A stretch of DNA of 64,000 nucleotides. Source: Ignavibacteriota bacterium. Its GTDB lineage: Bacteria; Bacteroidota; Ignavibacteria; UBA10030. The stretch spans positions 42,897-106,896 of the forward strand of contig CAVSHO010000014.1 in the NCBI GenBank assembly GCA_963727825.1. The letters are read 5' to 3'. The position numbers and the translations under genes were made by a program. The notes under the pieces are model-generated. The model was not told where the DNA came from. It made no database searches and was given only the letters and a program-made list of their open reading frames with translations. Positions 31,413 to 41,869 of the stretch are shown here, one piece after another. The first letter of the stretch is position 1. Every line of letters starts with the position of its first letter.

Positions 31413-33077
31413 TTAATTCCTTTTTAATTTATTTTTAAAAAGCACTGTAATAAGCAGCATTGATGAAATTGCAAGACAAATTTTGGCTACAACATCGCCG
31501 TATTTTACATAGAATGTCTCGTCTGATAATAAGCCAATATCTGCAATAAATTTAGTATTTGTGTACAAATTCGTTGTTAATTGTCTTTTACCTGTAGGAT
31601 CAACAACCATGGAAATTCCGCCATTTGCACATTGAACTATCCAGCGGCGCGTCTCAACTGCCCTTAAGGATGCAAACGCGGCATGCTGATATGCACCAGA
31701 TGTATTGCCCCACCAACTATCATTTGTTATAATAACCAAAAAGTTTGCGCCACGCTTCACAAATTCTCTTACATAATTCGGATAGACAGATTCATAACAA
31801 ATCATTCCAGAGAATTTTGTTTGACGACCATCTTTCAAATGAAATGAATATACAATAGTATCCGCACCTTTTCCCCAGCTTGAAATGCCCACATTCCATT
31901 TTAACGGTTCGATAAGCCAGCGAAATGTTTCGGCGTACGGAATACGTTCTGCAAATGGAACCAAGATTGACTTCTTATGAATTTGATCGATTATGCGATT
32001 GGGTTGAATTAAAACTGCAGAGTTGTATGATTCAATATATGAATTTGATGCTCCAATTCTTTCAGCAGTTGCGGGTGCATGCAACGAATCGAAAAATTCC
32101 GCTGTTGGAAGTCCAGTAAATATTGGAAGTCTCAGTGTATCAGAAAGCGAAAGAAGTTCTGAAAGAAAGAGAGAATATCGCGGCAATAGTATATGAAATG
32201 GAATAGCTGTCTCCGGCCAGAATACAATGTCCGGTTTGGATTTGGAAAGTTGCTTTGTCTCATCAAAGTAATAATTGAGTTGATGAAAATAGGATTCCCA
32301 TTTATCGCTGTAACTTCCACCCCATTTATCCCACGGATCAAAGTTTGGCTGAATGACGCCAATAGATATTTTGTTTCCTGAATCCACTGATTTATTTCCA
32401 ATAACATACGTACCATAAAGAGCAGACCCAAAATACAGAACAACCAGTACTGACACTAAAGACAGGACTTTTCTGGATCGAAATTCCCATTTGCCACTTG
32501 CTTGATTCACTATTAGCAGGAATGCTATAATGTTGAATGCAAAGATCAGAAGTGTTAATCCATATACAGAGGAATATTCAACAATTTGGATTCGATTGAG
32601 ATCATAAGCTTGACTATTTCCAATTGTGAGCCACGGAAATGAATATTCCCCCAGCGAATGAAGATACTCAAACGAAGTCCAGAACAAGGCAAATGCAATT
32701 AATCCATGAATAAGTCCAAGTCTTTTCTTGACAACAAATGCAAACAGGACTATCGGTAAGAAAAATATCGGGTGGATAAAAACGACTGCAGTGCCTGCCG
32801 TCATCATCCAAATATCTTTTCCAACAACAAATCCTCCTGTCCAATACACTGTGATTAAATGAAATATTAGCAGGAATAAATATGAATATTTTACGATTTG
32901 GTAGAATGATTCTAATCTAGCGAAAAGAAAAAACATTGGGATGAATGCAACATACGCCAGTGAATAGAATGGAGATGGAGGGAAAGAAAAACCGAGAAGG
33001 ATTCCAGAAGCAACTGCAAGACCTACATTTAACCACAATTGTTTAGGAGTTTGATTTGATTTTGAATCCTTCATCAA
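31413..33077 (-). CDS. lnt: Apolipoprotein N-acyltransferase
   Basis: WPETA, K..LVPFAE, ICYES, ITNDSWW. Confidence 0.94.
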   Translation of the reverse strand: MMKDSKSNQTPKQLWLNVGLAVASGILLGFSFPPSPFYSLAYVAFIPMFFLFARLESFYQIVKYSYLFLLIFHLITVYWTGGFVVGKDIWMMTAGTAVVFIHPIFFLPIVLFAFVVKKRLGLIHGLIAFALFWTSFEYLHSLGEYSFPWLTIGNSQAYDLNRIQIVEYSSVYGLTLLIFAFNIIAFLLIVNQASGKWEFRSRKVLSLVSVLVVLYFGSALYGTYVIGNKSVDSGNKISIGVIQPNFDPWDKWGGSYSDKWESYFHQLNYYFDETKQLSKSKPDIVFWPETAIPFHILLPRYSLFLSELLSLSDTLRLPIFTGLPTAEFFDSLHAPATAERIGASNSYIESYNSAVLIQPNRIIDQIHKKSILVPFAERIPYAETFRWLIEPLKWNVGISSWGKGADTIVYSFHLKDGRQTKFSGMICYESVYPNYVREFVKRGANFLVIITNDSWWGNTSGAYQHAAFASLRAVETRRWIVQCANGGISMVVDPTGKRQLTTNLYTNTKFIADIGLLSDETFYVKYGDVVAKICLAISSMLLITVLFKNKLKRN

Positions 33078-33088
33078 ATACTTTCTTA

Positions 33089-33664
33089 TTACACTTTTCT
33101 TTGTCTAAAGCCATACCAAAGTTCTTCTAACGCGATAAAGATTAAAAGCACGATTCCAGCGCAAAATAATCCGATAACTGCGCCACCGATCACATCAGAT
33201 GGGTAATGTACACCAACATACACGCGCGAAAATGCAACAATTGCTGCAAGTCCAAAGAACCACCATTTACAGCGCGGAAAAAAGAAAGCCAGTATAAGAG
33301 CGCCTGCAAAATTATTGACGGCGTGCGAAGACGGAAATGAAAATCCACTTCCACAACTAACTAGTAGATGAACATTTTGCAGTGCAAAACATGGTCGTGG
33401 ACGTACCAGCAAATACTTGATCACAGAACTGCTTAATTGATCACTTATAATAATGGTAATAATGAGAAGGATTGCCGCTATTCTAACATGACGTTTTCCA
33501 CGAATAAGCATCCAGAGAAGAATTAAAGCAACGAAGACCAAAACGATGCGTTGCTTGTTCAAATCTGTGATGAACGGCATTAAGAAGTCGAATACCGGAT
33601 TACACAATGAAGTATTAAGAAAGTGAAATAATGTAATATCAAGAGAATTGAGAAAATTGACCAC
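33089..33664 (-). CDS. PAP2-family phosphatase
   Basis: K....RPRP, SFPSSH, SRVYVGVHYPSD. Confidence 0.92.
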   Translation of the reverse strand: MVNFLNSLDITLFHFLNTSLCNPVFDFLMPFITDLNKQRIVLVFVALILLWMLIRGKRHVRIAAILLIITIIISDQLSSSVIKYLLVRPRPCFALQNVHLLVSCGSGFSFPSSHAVNNFAGALILAFFFPRCKWWFFGLAAIVAFSRVYVGVHYPSDVIGGAVIGLFCAGIVLLIFIALEELWYGFRQRKV

Positions 33665-33736
33665 TAGTTTAACTATAATTTAATTATTCTGTTGTAAGTG
33701 AAAATATATATTGGATATAGACAATTATTTGATATC

Positions 33737-34246
33737 TCACTCATTTTTTTTTTGCAGAATGGAAGCAATTGCAAAAGCTGCACAACCTTCTTCCCTACCA
33801 AAGGATCCAAGACCTTCGTGAGTAGTAGCTTTAATGGAAATTAATTGAGGCGAGACATTGAGTGCTTTTCCAATGCGCTGGCGCATCGCAGCAACGTATT
33901 TTGCTATTTTTGGCTTTTCGAGAATTACAGTAGAATCAATATTATTAATCTCCCATCCACTTTTCTGAATCATTATTCCTACCCGTTTGAGAAGCTTAAG
34001 ACTTGAGATATTATGATATTCTTTATTAGTATCAGGAAAATGTTTTCCGATATCACCCAAAGCAGCTGCTCCAAGAAGTGCGTCACAAATAGCGTGGAGC
34101 AAAACATCCGCGTCAGAATGTCCTAAGAGTCCAATATCAGATGGAATGTGAACGCCGCCTAAGACAAGCTTTCGTCCTTGCATTAAACGGTGAACATCAT
34201 AACCCAATCCAAATCGAATTATTTCTCTTTTTTGTATCAGCATCAA
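33737..34246 (-). CDS. ispF: 2-C-methyl-D-erythritol 2,4-cyclodiphosphate synthase
   Basis: GYDVH, GHSDADVLLHA, DIGKHFPD, KATT. Confidence 0.96.
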   Translation of the reverse strand: MMLIQKREIIRFGLGYDVHRLMQGRKLVLGGVHIPSDIGLLGHSDADVLLHAICDALLGAAALGDIGKHFPDTNKEYHNISSLKLLKRVGIMIQKSGWEINNIDSTVILEKPKIAKYVAAMRQRIGKALNVSPQLISIKATTHEGLGSFGREEGCAAFAIASILQKKNE

Positions 34247-34261
34247 GAAATATTATCTCAT

Positions 34262-34534
34262 TTACTGTATGTCAAAACTTCTATAAGTTTTTATGCATTC
34301 AAGCCATTCTATTTTCAAATTTTTTACATGAGCTACACGCGGACCAACTTTCACTTCTTTAATAAATTCTTCAATTAATGAGCGATCTCCTTCGATTTCG
34401 ATTTCCACCTCTCCTGAAAATATATTTTTCACATACCCAACAAGTCCGAAATTTATTGCCCGATTGAAGACAAAGTAGCGATATCCAACACCTTGAACTA
34501 TTCCACTCACTAATAAATGTGCTCGAATTTCCAT
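34262..34534 (-). CDS. acyP: Acylphosphatase
   Basis: VSGIVQGVGYR, GYVKN. Confidence 0.93.
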   Translation of the reverse strand: MEIRAHLLVSGIVQGVGYRYFVFNRAINFGLVGYVKNIFSGEVEIEIEGDRSLIEEFIKEVKVGPRVAHVKNLKIEWLECIKTYRSFDIQ

Positions 34535-34590
34535 AGTTTATGCCAAATTACGATGAATGCATTTGACATGCAATAAAGTCAAGCAAAAGA

Positions 34591-34619
34591 AAAAGGGACA
34601 GCTGAATGCCGTCCCTTTT
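34591..34619 (-). terminator. Intrinsic terminator after tRNA-Leu
   Basis: AAAAGGGAC..GTCCCTTTT hairpin. Confidence 0.7.
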
Positions 34620-34624
34620 GTAAG

Positions 34625-34708
34625 TGCCCGGAGCGAGACTTGAACTCGCATGCCCTTACGGGCGCCACCCCCTCAAGATGGTGTGTCTGCCAGTTCCACC
34701 ATCCGGGC
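34625..34708 (-). tRNA. tRNA-Leu(GAG)
   Basis: Cloverleaf GCCCGGA..TCCGGGC, anticodon loop TT-GAG-GG, long variable arm, GTTCAAG. Confidence 0.95.
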
Positions 34709-34717
34709 AAAGAAACG

Positions 34718-34789
34718 TGAGCGTGGGTGGGCTCGAACCACCGACCCTCTGCTTAAAAGGCAGATGCTCTACCCCTGAGCTACACACTC
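34718..34789 (-). tRNA. tRNA-Lys(TTT)
   Basis: GAGTGTGTAGCTCAG..TCTGC-CT-TTT-AA-GCAGA..GGTTCGAG. Confidence 0.95.
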
Positions 34790-34872
34790 GCACATTTCAT
34801 AAATCATTCGCCAATCGCATTTATACTGTTCGTTATCGAACAAGCATAATATAAGAAATAGAGCGCCGAAAT

Positions 34873-35163
34873 TCAATGTGAATTTGCTGAATTTGTCTCT
34901 GCCGTTTTTACGATATCTTCTGTTTTCGTTTTTTTGCGAAAGAGAATTCCCGTTGGTATAACTATACAATAACCCACTACTAACAAAATTGGAGCAACCA
35001 CAAGTGGCATTGTTCCGTTCCATGGATCTTGCGCAAGAGCTATATAGCCAAGTATTATACATATTATCCCTGCGCCAAGAATTTGATAATTTATTTTTGT
35101 AAACGGAAGCCCAATACCGAATACTTTTTGTTTTGTAGTTGTATGTTTTTCCACTCGAACCAT
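34873..35163 (-). CDS. Small membrane protein (DUF3098-like)
   Basis: LPFTKINY, two TMs, APILLVVGY. Confidence 0.7.
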   Translation of the reverse strand: MVRVEKHTTTKQKVFGIGLPFTKINYQILGAGIICIILGYIALAQDPWNGTMPLVVAPILLVVGYCIVIPTGILFRKKTKTEDIVKTAETNSANSH

Positions 35164-35188
35164 TTTTTATTCTCCAAGATAAATCATG

Positions 35189-35303
35189 AAAAAACCCGAC
35201 AGATGAAAAAACGCCGGGCCTGACCATAACACCAGCAATGGTCAGGATATTCACCATTGCATTTATTTTAAAAGTAATTTAGAGCATTTCTTTTCAATGT
35301 CAA
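35189..35303 (-). promoter_or_regulatory. Promoter plus structured leader ending in a terminator
   Basis: TTGACA-N16-TAAATT; alternative hairpins; CCCGGCG..TGTCGGG-U6. Confidence 0.45.
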
Positions 35304-35318
35304 GATCCGAAAATATAT

Positions 35319-36023
35319 TTACTGATGCCTTGCTACGTTCAATTTTCCTTCCGAAAGCCGGAGGACACGATGAGCACGCCTTGTAAGATCAAAGTTGTGT
35401 GTTGCAACGACAAAAGTCATTCCAAATTCTTCTGATAGATGTACTAGCAAACGATGCAAACTCAAGCCATTTTCTTCATCAAGATTACCCGATGGCTCAT
35501 CTGCAAGAACAATCTTTGGATTGTTCATAAGCGCGCGCGCGACAGCGACTCGCTGTTGTTCTCCTCCCGAAAGTTCGTTTGGTTTATGATGCGCTCGATC
35601 CGAAAGACCTACCTGTTCCAGAAGTATTTGAGCTCTAGGAGTCGCTTCCTTAATTGTTTTTCCAGCAATCAAAGCGGGCATGCATACATTTTCTAGTGAG
35701 GAAAATTCTGGAAGAAGATGGTGAAATTGAAAAATGAAACCCAGCGAACGATTTCTAAATTTTGTCAATTGCTCTTCTGTAAGTGCAGACACATTCTGCT
35801 CACCAAGTTTCACCATTCCGTCTGTTGGACGATCGAGTCCGCCTAAAATGTGAAGTAATGTACTCTTGCCTGAACCAGACGGGCCTACAATCACGACGAA
35901 TTCCCCATGCCGAATTTCTATATCAACACCTTTGAGAACAGGAAGAGTTAGGTTCTTTCCCATCGGATATTCTTTCCAAATATTCTCTCCTGTTAGAAGA
36001 GTAGAGCGACGTGTCATTCCCAT
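35319..36023 (-). CDS. lolD: Lipoprotein-releasing ABC ATPase
   Basis: [29 protein letters not shown]. Confidence 0.88.
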   Translation of the reverse strand: MGMTRRSTLLTGENIWKEYPMGKNLTLPVLKGVDIEIRHGEFVVIVGPSGSGKSTLLHILGGLDRPTDGMVKLGEQNVSALTEEQLTKFRNRSLGFIFQFHHLLPEFSSLENVCMPALIAGKTIKEATPRAQILLEQVGLSDRAHHKPNELSGGEQQRVAVARALMNNPKIVLADEPSGNLDEENGLSLHRLLVHLSEEFGMTFVVATHNFDLTRRAHRVLRLSEGKLNVARHQ

Positions 36024-37240
36024 CGTATAGCTTTCACTGGATCAAGGTTTGCCGCTCGTTTAGACGGGAGGCGTGAAGCAAGTGAGCATAAACCAATTGC
36101 AGCAACTGCAATAACCACAATATCTAAGATATGTACTTCTACAGGCATAGCCGGGATAATATAAATAGTAGTATCAAGCGCAACTAGATGATACCGTTGT
36201 TGAAGATACACAATAAATAATCCAATTACAGATCCTGTTATAGTGCCTACAATACCGACAAATAGACCCTGGAGAGCAAATATTTTTTTTAGACTTTCGT
36301 TTGACGCGCCCATGGACTTTAAAATTCCAATGTCACGCCGTTTCTCAATAACGGTCATCGTCAATGAGCCAAGCAAGTTGAATGACGCAACCGCGATAAT
36401 AAGACAGAGTACGATATATGCACACCACCTTTCAATTTGCATTACAGTATATAGTTCGCGATGTAGATCGTACCAAGTTAGATAACGAAATGTACTCCCG
36501 TATTTATTCTTTAATTCATCTTTCATATTATCTGCATTATCGATATGATCGAAGCGAATATCTATGCCATCAATTCGCCCTGCACGACCAAAAAGAGATT
36601 GGGCGCTAGCCAAATTCGTGAAAGCATAGTAACCGTCATAATCTTTATTGTTCGATTCATAAATTCCAACTACTCGAAAGCGGCGAATGACAGGCAAGTC
36701 AAGTTGCATCGTCGCTAATTCGGCTCCCGCTGGGCTTACAATAGAAATTGTATCACCGATTACGGTACCTAATCTATCTGCGAGAACAAGACCCAATACA
36801 ATTCCGCCTCTCTGTTTTTTATCTAAATCAATTGATCCGAGAACAAGTTTATCCGAAAGTCCGGATACATTCGGGATTTTACTTGTTTCGAGTCCTCTGA
36901 TATTGACAACTCGATTTACATTTTTAGAAACTATGAGTGCCTTTCCACCTACAAAAGGCGAGCATGCTTTAACATGTGGCTGGTGAGAAATGTATTCCAG
37001 TATCGGCCCGCTATTAATTGAATCCATTGGGACAGTACTTTCGATTCGAAGATGCGGATCAAAATTTATAAGAATTGAAGATACTAAACTTCCAAATCCA
37101 TTAAACACCGATAACACGACAACAAGTGCCGCCACACCTATCGTAACACCTATAACAGAGATTGCTGATATGATTGAGACAAATTTCAGATGTCTTTTGC
37201 TCAATGAATATCGAAACGCTATAAAATATTCATATTTCAT
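36014..37240 (-). CDS. LolC/E-family permease
   Basis: ISVIGVTIGVAALVVVLSVFNGF, EKRRDIGILKSMGA; start at MKYEY. Confidence 0.88.
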   Translation of the reverse strand: MKYEYFIAFRYSLSKRHLKFVSIISAISVIGVTIGVAALVVVLSVFNGFGSLVSSILINFDPHLRIESTVPMDSINSGPILEYISHQPHVKACSPFVGGKALIVSKNVNRVVNIRGLETSKIPNVSGLSDKLVLGSIDLDKKQRGGIVLGLVLADRLGTVIGDTISIVSPAGAELATMQLDLPVIRRFRVVGIYESNNKDYDGYYAFTNLASAQSLFGRAGRIDGIDIRFDHIDNADNMKDELKNKYGSTFRYLTWYDLHRELYTVMQIERWCAYIVLCLIIAVASFNLLGSLTMTVIEKRRDIGILKSMGASNESLKKIFALQGLFVGIVGTITGSVIGLFIVYLQQRYHLVALDTTIYIIPAMPVEVHILDIVVIAVAAIGLCSLASRLPSKRAANLDPVKAIRWE

Positions 37241-38481
37241 TATGAAAAACGAATAAGCGTTATAGGATCCATCTTTGCTGCAAGTCTCGAAGGAAGCCAA
37301 GACGCAAGAAAACTCATGCAGATTGCAGAAGCACTTACAATAATAAAATCGAAAATAGATAGAACTATCGGCACATGAGTCATAAAATAAATTCCCGATG
37401 GGAGCGGAAAGAAACGATAACGAAATTCCAGCCAACAAAGCACCAACGCAATGATATTACCTAGAATTGTTCCGACAATCCCGATAAGTATTCCTTGTTT
37501 TAGAAATACCAAAACGATACTCCTACGCTGCATACCAATAGCCATCAAAGTTCCGATTTCGCGCGACTTTCCAAGTATCATCATCAATAATGTTCCAATA
37601 ATATTTACTGTAGCAACAATAATTATAAGCGCTAAAATAATCAATACTGGAATTCGCTGAAGATCGACCCAGGCAAATAGATTTCTGTATTGCTGAAACA
37701 TTGTTCGCGCATAATAAGGATAGCCGAAGTACTCAGGAATTTGTTGTGCAAGCGATGCAAGACTATCTGTGTTAGAAACTAAAATGTCAAATCCCGAAAC
37801 AGTATTTCCGACCTGACACAGCCTCTGCGCATTTCTTAAATTAATATAGATAACACTTCCATCATAATCCGCCATCCCCGTTTCGTAAATACCACTGATT
37901 TCAAATTGCATTATTCGAGTATGAGCAAGTGATAGGGATGTTCCGCCAAGTGCATACATCAGAACATGGTCGTTCAGATGTACATTTAATTTTTCTGATA
38001 AACGTCTTCCAAGGATAACTCGCTGGGCACCGGTTTCCCGCTCTTCAAGATCGTATATTCCTTCCACAAGCCTTCGCTTTGCTGCGGAAATATCATTTGT
38101 CGGATCAACTCCCTTGATGAGAACACCGTCTATATCTGAATTTGATCGAATCATTCCTTCACGGGAAAGATAAGGCGCCATTTCAAGTACTTCTGGAAAT
38201 CTCGCAATAACTTTCTGAATGGTCAAAGCTGGATCTGGCAACAAATCATTTTCAAAAGCAAACAATTGCATATGCGCTGTAAAACTAACGACATTTTCCT
38301 TTATTGTTTTTTCAAATCCACCGAGAATTGCAAGCGTAATGTCTAAACTGGCAACTCCAAGTGTGACTCCGATAATTGCAATAAATGTAATAAAGGATAC
38401 AAATCCTCTATTATGCCTCGAAGTCAAATGTCGAATTGCGATAAAATCTGTAACATCCTTTTTTTTAAGCCGTAGGCGCAC
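37240..38481 (-). CDS. LolC/E-family permease
   Basis: FVSFITFIAIIGVTLG, KSREIGTLMAIG. Confidence 0.88.
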   Translation of the reverse strand: MRLRLKKKDVTDFIAIRHLTSRHNRGFVSFITFIAIIGVTLGVASLDITLAILGGFEKTIKENVVSFTAHMQLFAFENDLLPDPALTIQKVIARFPEVLEMAPYLSREGMIRSNSDIDGVLIKGVDPTNDISAAKRRLVEGIYDLEERETGAQRVILGRRLSEKLNVHLNDHVLMYALGGTSLSLAHTRIMQFEISGIYETGMADYDGSVIYINLRNAQRLCQVGNTVSGFDILVSNTDSLASLAQQIPEYFGYPYYARTMFQQYRNLFAWVDLQRIPVLIILALIIIVATVNIIGTLLMMILGKSREIGTLMAIGMQRRSIVLVFLKQGILIGIVGTILGNIIALVLCWLEFRYRFFPLPSGIYFMTHVPIVLSIFDFIIVSASAICMSFLASWLPSRLAAKMDPITLIRFS

Positions 38482-38498
38482 GAGGAATCCGGTAATTA

Positions 38499-39603
38499 TT
38501 ATTTTATTGAAGATTGAAGAAGATAGCTTTTGATAAATTCATCGATCTCACCATCCATTACGGATTGTACATTTCCATTTTCTGTTCCCGTTCTGTGGTC
38601 TTTCACAAGTTGATATGGTTGAAAAGTGTAAGATCGGATTTGACTCCCCCATTCAATTCGTTTTTTAGTACTTTCAATTGCACTGAGCCGTGCCTCTTCT
38701 TCTTCTCGGCGAATCTGATAGAGGCGGGATTTCAACATTTTCATCGCACGTTCACGATTCTGAAATTGCGAACGCTCCTCCTGACATGCAACAATGACAC
38801 CTGAAGGAATATGTGTTATACGTACAGCTGTCTCAACTTTATTAACATTTTGTCCGCCCTTGCCGCCAGAACGATATGTATCAATTTTCAAATCAGATGG
38901 ATTAATTTCGATTTCTACATCATCTTCAACTTCAGGATAGACAAATACGGATGCGAAAGAAGTATGTCTGCGCGCATTAGCATCGAATGGTGAGATGCGC
39001 ACCAGCCGATGCACTCCACTTTCTGCCTTCAAATAGCCATAAGCGTACTTACCAATCACTTCAATTGTGGCGCTCTTAATGCCGGCGCCCTCACCTTCTA
39101 ACATATCAGCAAGAAATATTTTTAGTCCATGCCGTTCGCACCATCTGGAATACATTCTTAAAAGCATTTCCGCCCAATCTTGTGCTTCGGTGCCTCCGGC
39201 GCCAGAATGAATAGTAAGAAATGCATTTTTCTCATCATCCGGACCACTTAACATATTTTTAAGTTCGAGGTTTTCTATATCTGCACGAAGCTTTTCAATA
39301 TCTCTTTTTACTTCTGTTTCAAAGTCTGTTTCTTGCGCTTCTTCGGCCATCTCAATCAATGATTTCGTATCTTGGTAAAGAGCATCAAGTGAATTCCACG
39401 CATCAAGCCATTCTTTTCGACTATTTATTTCTTGAATAACTTTCTGTGCTGCTACATTATCATTCCAAAAGCCATCTGAAGCCGTACGTGCTTGATATTC
39501 CTTTAATTCTTGTTCTTTTTTATCGAGGTCAAAGATACCCCCGAAGTGCGCCGATACGTTTTCTTAGTTCTTCCAATTCTGTTCGCAAATCAAGAAAGCT
39601 CAA
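38499..39603 (-). CDS. prfB: Peptide chain release factor 2 with programmed +1 frameshift
   Basis: TTG start 39603 after AGGAG; [24 protein letters not shown] then GGGGG-TAT-CTT-TGA-C (39528..39534); SPF and GGQ motifs. Confidence 0.96.
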
Positions 39604-39670
39604 ATCGTTTTCTCCTTATTCATTCTTTGGCTACATGCGCAATACTAATATGGATGCAACTCGTTCAACT

Positions 39671-41437
39671 CTACTTTAATCTGATATGCAATTCATCCAG
39701 CTGTTTCTTATCCACTATCGATGGCGCTTCATCCATCAATGACATGCCGCTCGATGTTTTCGGAAATGCAATAACGTCACGGATAGATTTACATCCAGTC
39801 ATCAACATTATCATGCGATCAAGTCCAAATGCAATTCCTCCATGCGGCGGCGCGCCATATTTAAATGCATCCAGAAGGAATCCAAATTTTAATTTCGCAT
39901 CCTCTGACGAAATGCCCATAAGACCGAACATTCTACTCTGTAATTCCTGTGTATGGATTCGGATACTTCCACCAGCAATTTCATTTCCGTTCAGCACTAA
40001 ATCATACGCTCGTGCTCTCGCTTTGCCCGGATCGTTTTCTAGCAAATGTAAATCCGCCAGGTTCGGTGCTGTAAACGGATGATGGACAGCGATAAATCTT
40101 TTTTCTTCTTCGCTATACTCCAGCAGCGGAAAATCTGTTATCCAAAGAAAATTCCACTTTCCTTCCGGAATTAAATTCAATCGTTGTGCCATTTCAAGAC
40201 GAAGAGTTCCAAGAATAGTTAAAGCTTTTTTCCAATCACCAGAAATTAACAGAATAAGATCTCCCGGCCTTGCATCAAACTTTTTTGCAATAGCATTTGA
40301 CTCTTCCTGCGTAATGAATTTTGCTGCAGAACATTCTACTTTATCTTCAGTTACTCTCAAATACACCAAACCGCCTGCCCCAAGCGATTTGACATAATCA
40401 GTCAAAATATCTAATTGACTTCTTGTGTAGGAAGCAAGATTCGGGACATTAATCCCAGCAACAATTCCACCCTTCTTTACTGCATCACTGAAAATCCGGA
40501 ATCCTGATTCCGCTGCTATATCTGAGCAATCTTGGATTTCCAGGCCGAAACGTGTATCGGGTTTGTCACTTCCGTAGCGCTCCATCGCTGTTTTATATGT
40601 TATAATTGGAAACGACGACGGCACTTCATAATTCAGGATCGTCTTAAAAATATCAGCTATAGCACCTTCAGTGATTCTCCGAATATCTTCTTCATCGACA
40701 AATGACATTTCAACATCGATTTGTGTGAATTCTGGTTGCCGGTCGGCACGAAGATCTTCATCCCGAAAACATTTGACTATTTGAAAATACCGATCAAACC
40801 CAGAAACCATCAAAATTTGCTTATAAGTCTGAGGGGACTGTGGCAGAGCGTAAAACTTTCCGCTGTGTAAACGGCTTGGTACAAGAAAATCGCGCGCCCC
40901 TTCTGGTGTGCTCTTCATTAAAATTGGTGTTTCGATTTCTAAGAATCCGTTTTTATCAAAATACTTTCTCACGACTTGATAAGTATGGTGCCGCATAATC
41001 AAATTGCTTTGTACTGAAGGCCTACGCAAATCGAGATACCTATACTTCAATCGCAGGTCTTCGTTGATTTCCACATAATCATCAAGAGCAAATGGCGGTG
41101 TTTCTGCTTTATTTAGAATCTCCAGCTCATTAATATCAACTTCAACTTCTCCTGTGGCAATCTCCGCATTTTCTGTTTCTTTAGGCCGGATATTAACCAA
41201 ACCAGTTACTGAAATAACATATTCAGAACGCAAAGATTTTGCAATTTCATGCGCACCTGCATGTCTCTCCGGTGAAAACACTATTTGTGTTTTACCGTAT
41301 CGATCGCGCAGATCGATAAAAATTAATCCGCCAAGATCACGGCGCTTATCTACCCATCCGGTAAGTGTCACTGTTTTCCCAACATGGATTTCTCTTAATT
41401 CGCCGCATGTAACAGTTCTTTTTTTATATGTGCTCAA
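39671..41437 (-). CDS. aspS: Aspartate--tRNA ligase
   Basis: ALPQSPQ, FRDEDLRADRQPEF, PPHGGIAFGLDR. Confidence 0.97.
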   Translation of the reverse strand: MSTYKKRTVTCGELREIHVGKTVTLTGWVDKRRDLGGLIFIDLRDRYGKTQIVFSPERHAGAHEIAKSLRSEYVISVTGLVNIRPKETENAEIATGEVEVDINELEILNKAETPPFALDDYVEINEDLRLKYRYLDLRRPSVQSNLIMRHHTYQVVRKYFDKNGFLEIETPILMKSTPEGARDFLVPSRLHSGKFYALPQSPQTYKQILMVSGFDRYFQIVKCFRDEDLRADRQPEFTQIDVEMSFVDEEDIRRITEGAIADIFKTILNYEVPSSFPIITYKTAMERYGSDKPDTRFGLEIQDCSDIAAESGFRIFSDAVKKGGIVAGINVPNLASYTRSQLDILTDYVKSLGAGGLVYLRVTEDKVECSAAKFITQEESNAIAKKFDARPGDLILLISGDWKKALTILGTLRLEMAQRLNLIPEGKWNFLWITDFPLLEYSEEEKRFIAVHHPFTAPNLADLHLLENDPGKARARAYDLVLNGNEIAGGSIRIHTQELQSRMFGLMGISSEDAKLKFGFLLDAFKYGAPPHGGIAFGLDRMIMLMTGCKSIRDVIAFPKTSSGMSLMDEAPSIVDKKQLDELHIRLK

Positions 41438-41473
41438 TACTATCCTCTTCTCTTATTCTGTTTTATAAAAACA

Positions 41474-41515
41474 AAAAAGCGAGAATTGCCATTAAGGCGC
41501 TTTGTTCTCGCTTTT
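41474..41515 (-). terminator. Hairpin terminator after trxA
   Basis: AAAAGCGAGAA...TTCTCGCTTTT. Confidence 0.6.
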
Positions 41516-41527
41516 ATTTTATTAAAT

Positions 41528-41851
41528 TCAATTCAAATGTTTCGATAATTTTTCGATAAGTGATCTCTTTGGCGCTGCACCGATAATCTGTTCTACTACT
41601 TTTCCATCTTTAAAAATAAGGAGCGTTGGAATGCTGCGGATACCGTATTGCATTGCAATCTGTTGATTATTATCAACGTCCACTTTGCCGATTTTCAATT
41701 TGCCTTCGTATTCATTTGCAAGCTCATCAACAACTGGAGCGATCATTTTACAGGGACCGCACCATACTGCCCAAAAATCAACAAGCACAGGCATATTTGC
41801 TTTTAATACTTCTTGTTCAAAATTATTTTCGTTCAATTCGACTGGTTTCAT
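41528..41851 (-). CDS. trxA: Thioredoxin
   Basis: WCGPC. Confidence 0.96.
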   Translation of the reverse strand: MKPVELNENNFEQEVLKANMPVLVDFWAVWCGPCKMIAPVVDELANEYEGKLKIGKVDVDNNQQIAMQYGIRSIPTLLIFKDGKVVEQIIGAAPKRSLIEKLSKHLN

Positions 41852-41869
41852 AAATGTAGTTCCTTTTTG

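Noticed and set aside
35212-35230. SRP RNA (GTCAGGCCCGG resembles GTCAGGTCCGG)
   Set aside because: Lacks the following AAGGAAGCAG motif and the long helix
34769-35257. 162-aa ORF
   Set aside because: Overlaps tRNA-Lys, the DUF3098-like gene and a terminator; no recognisable features
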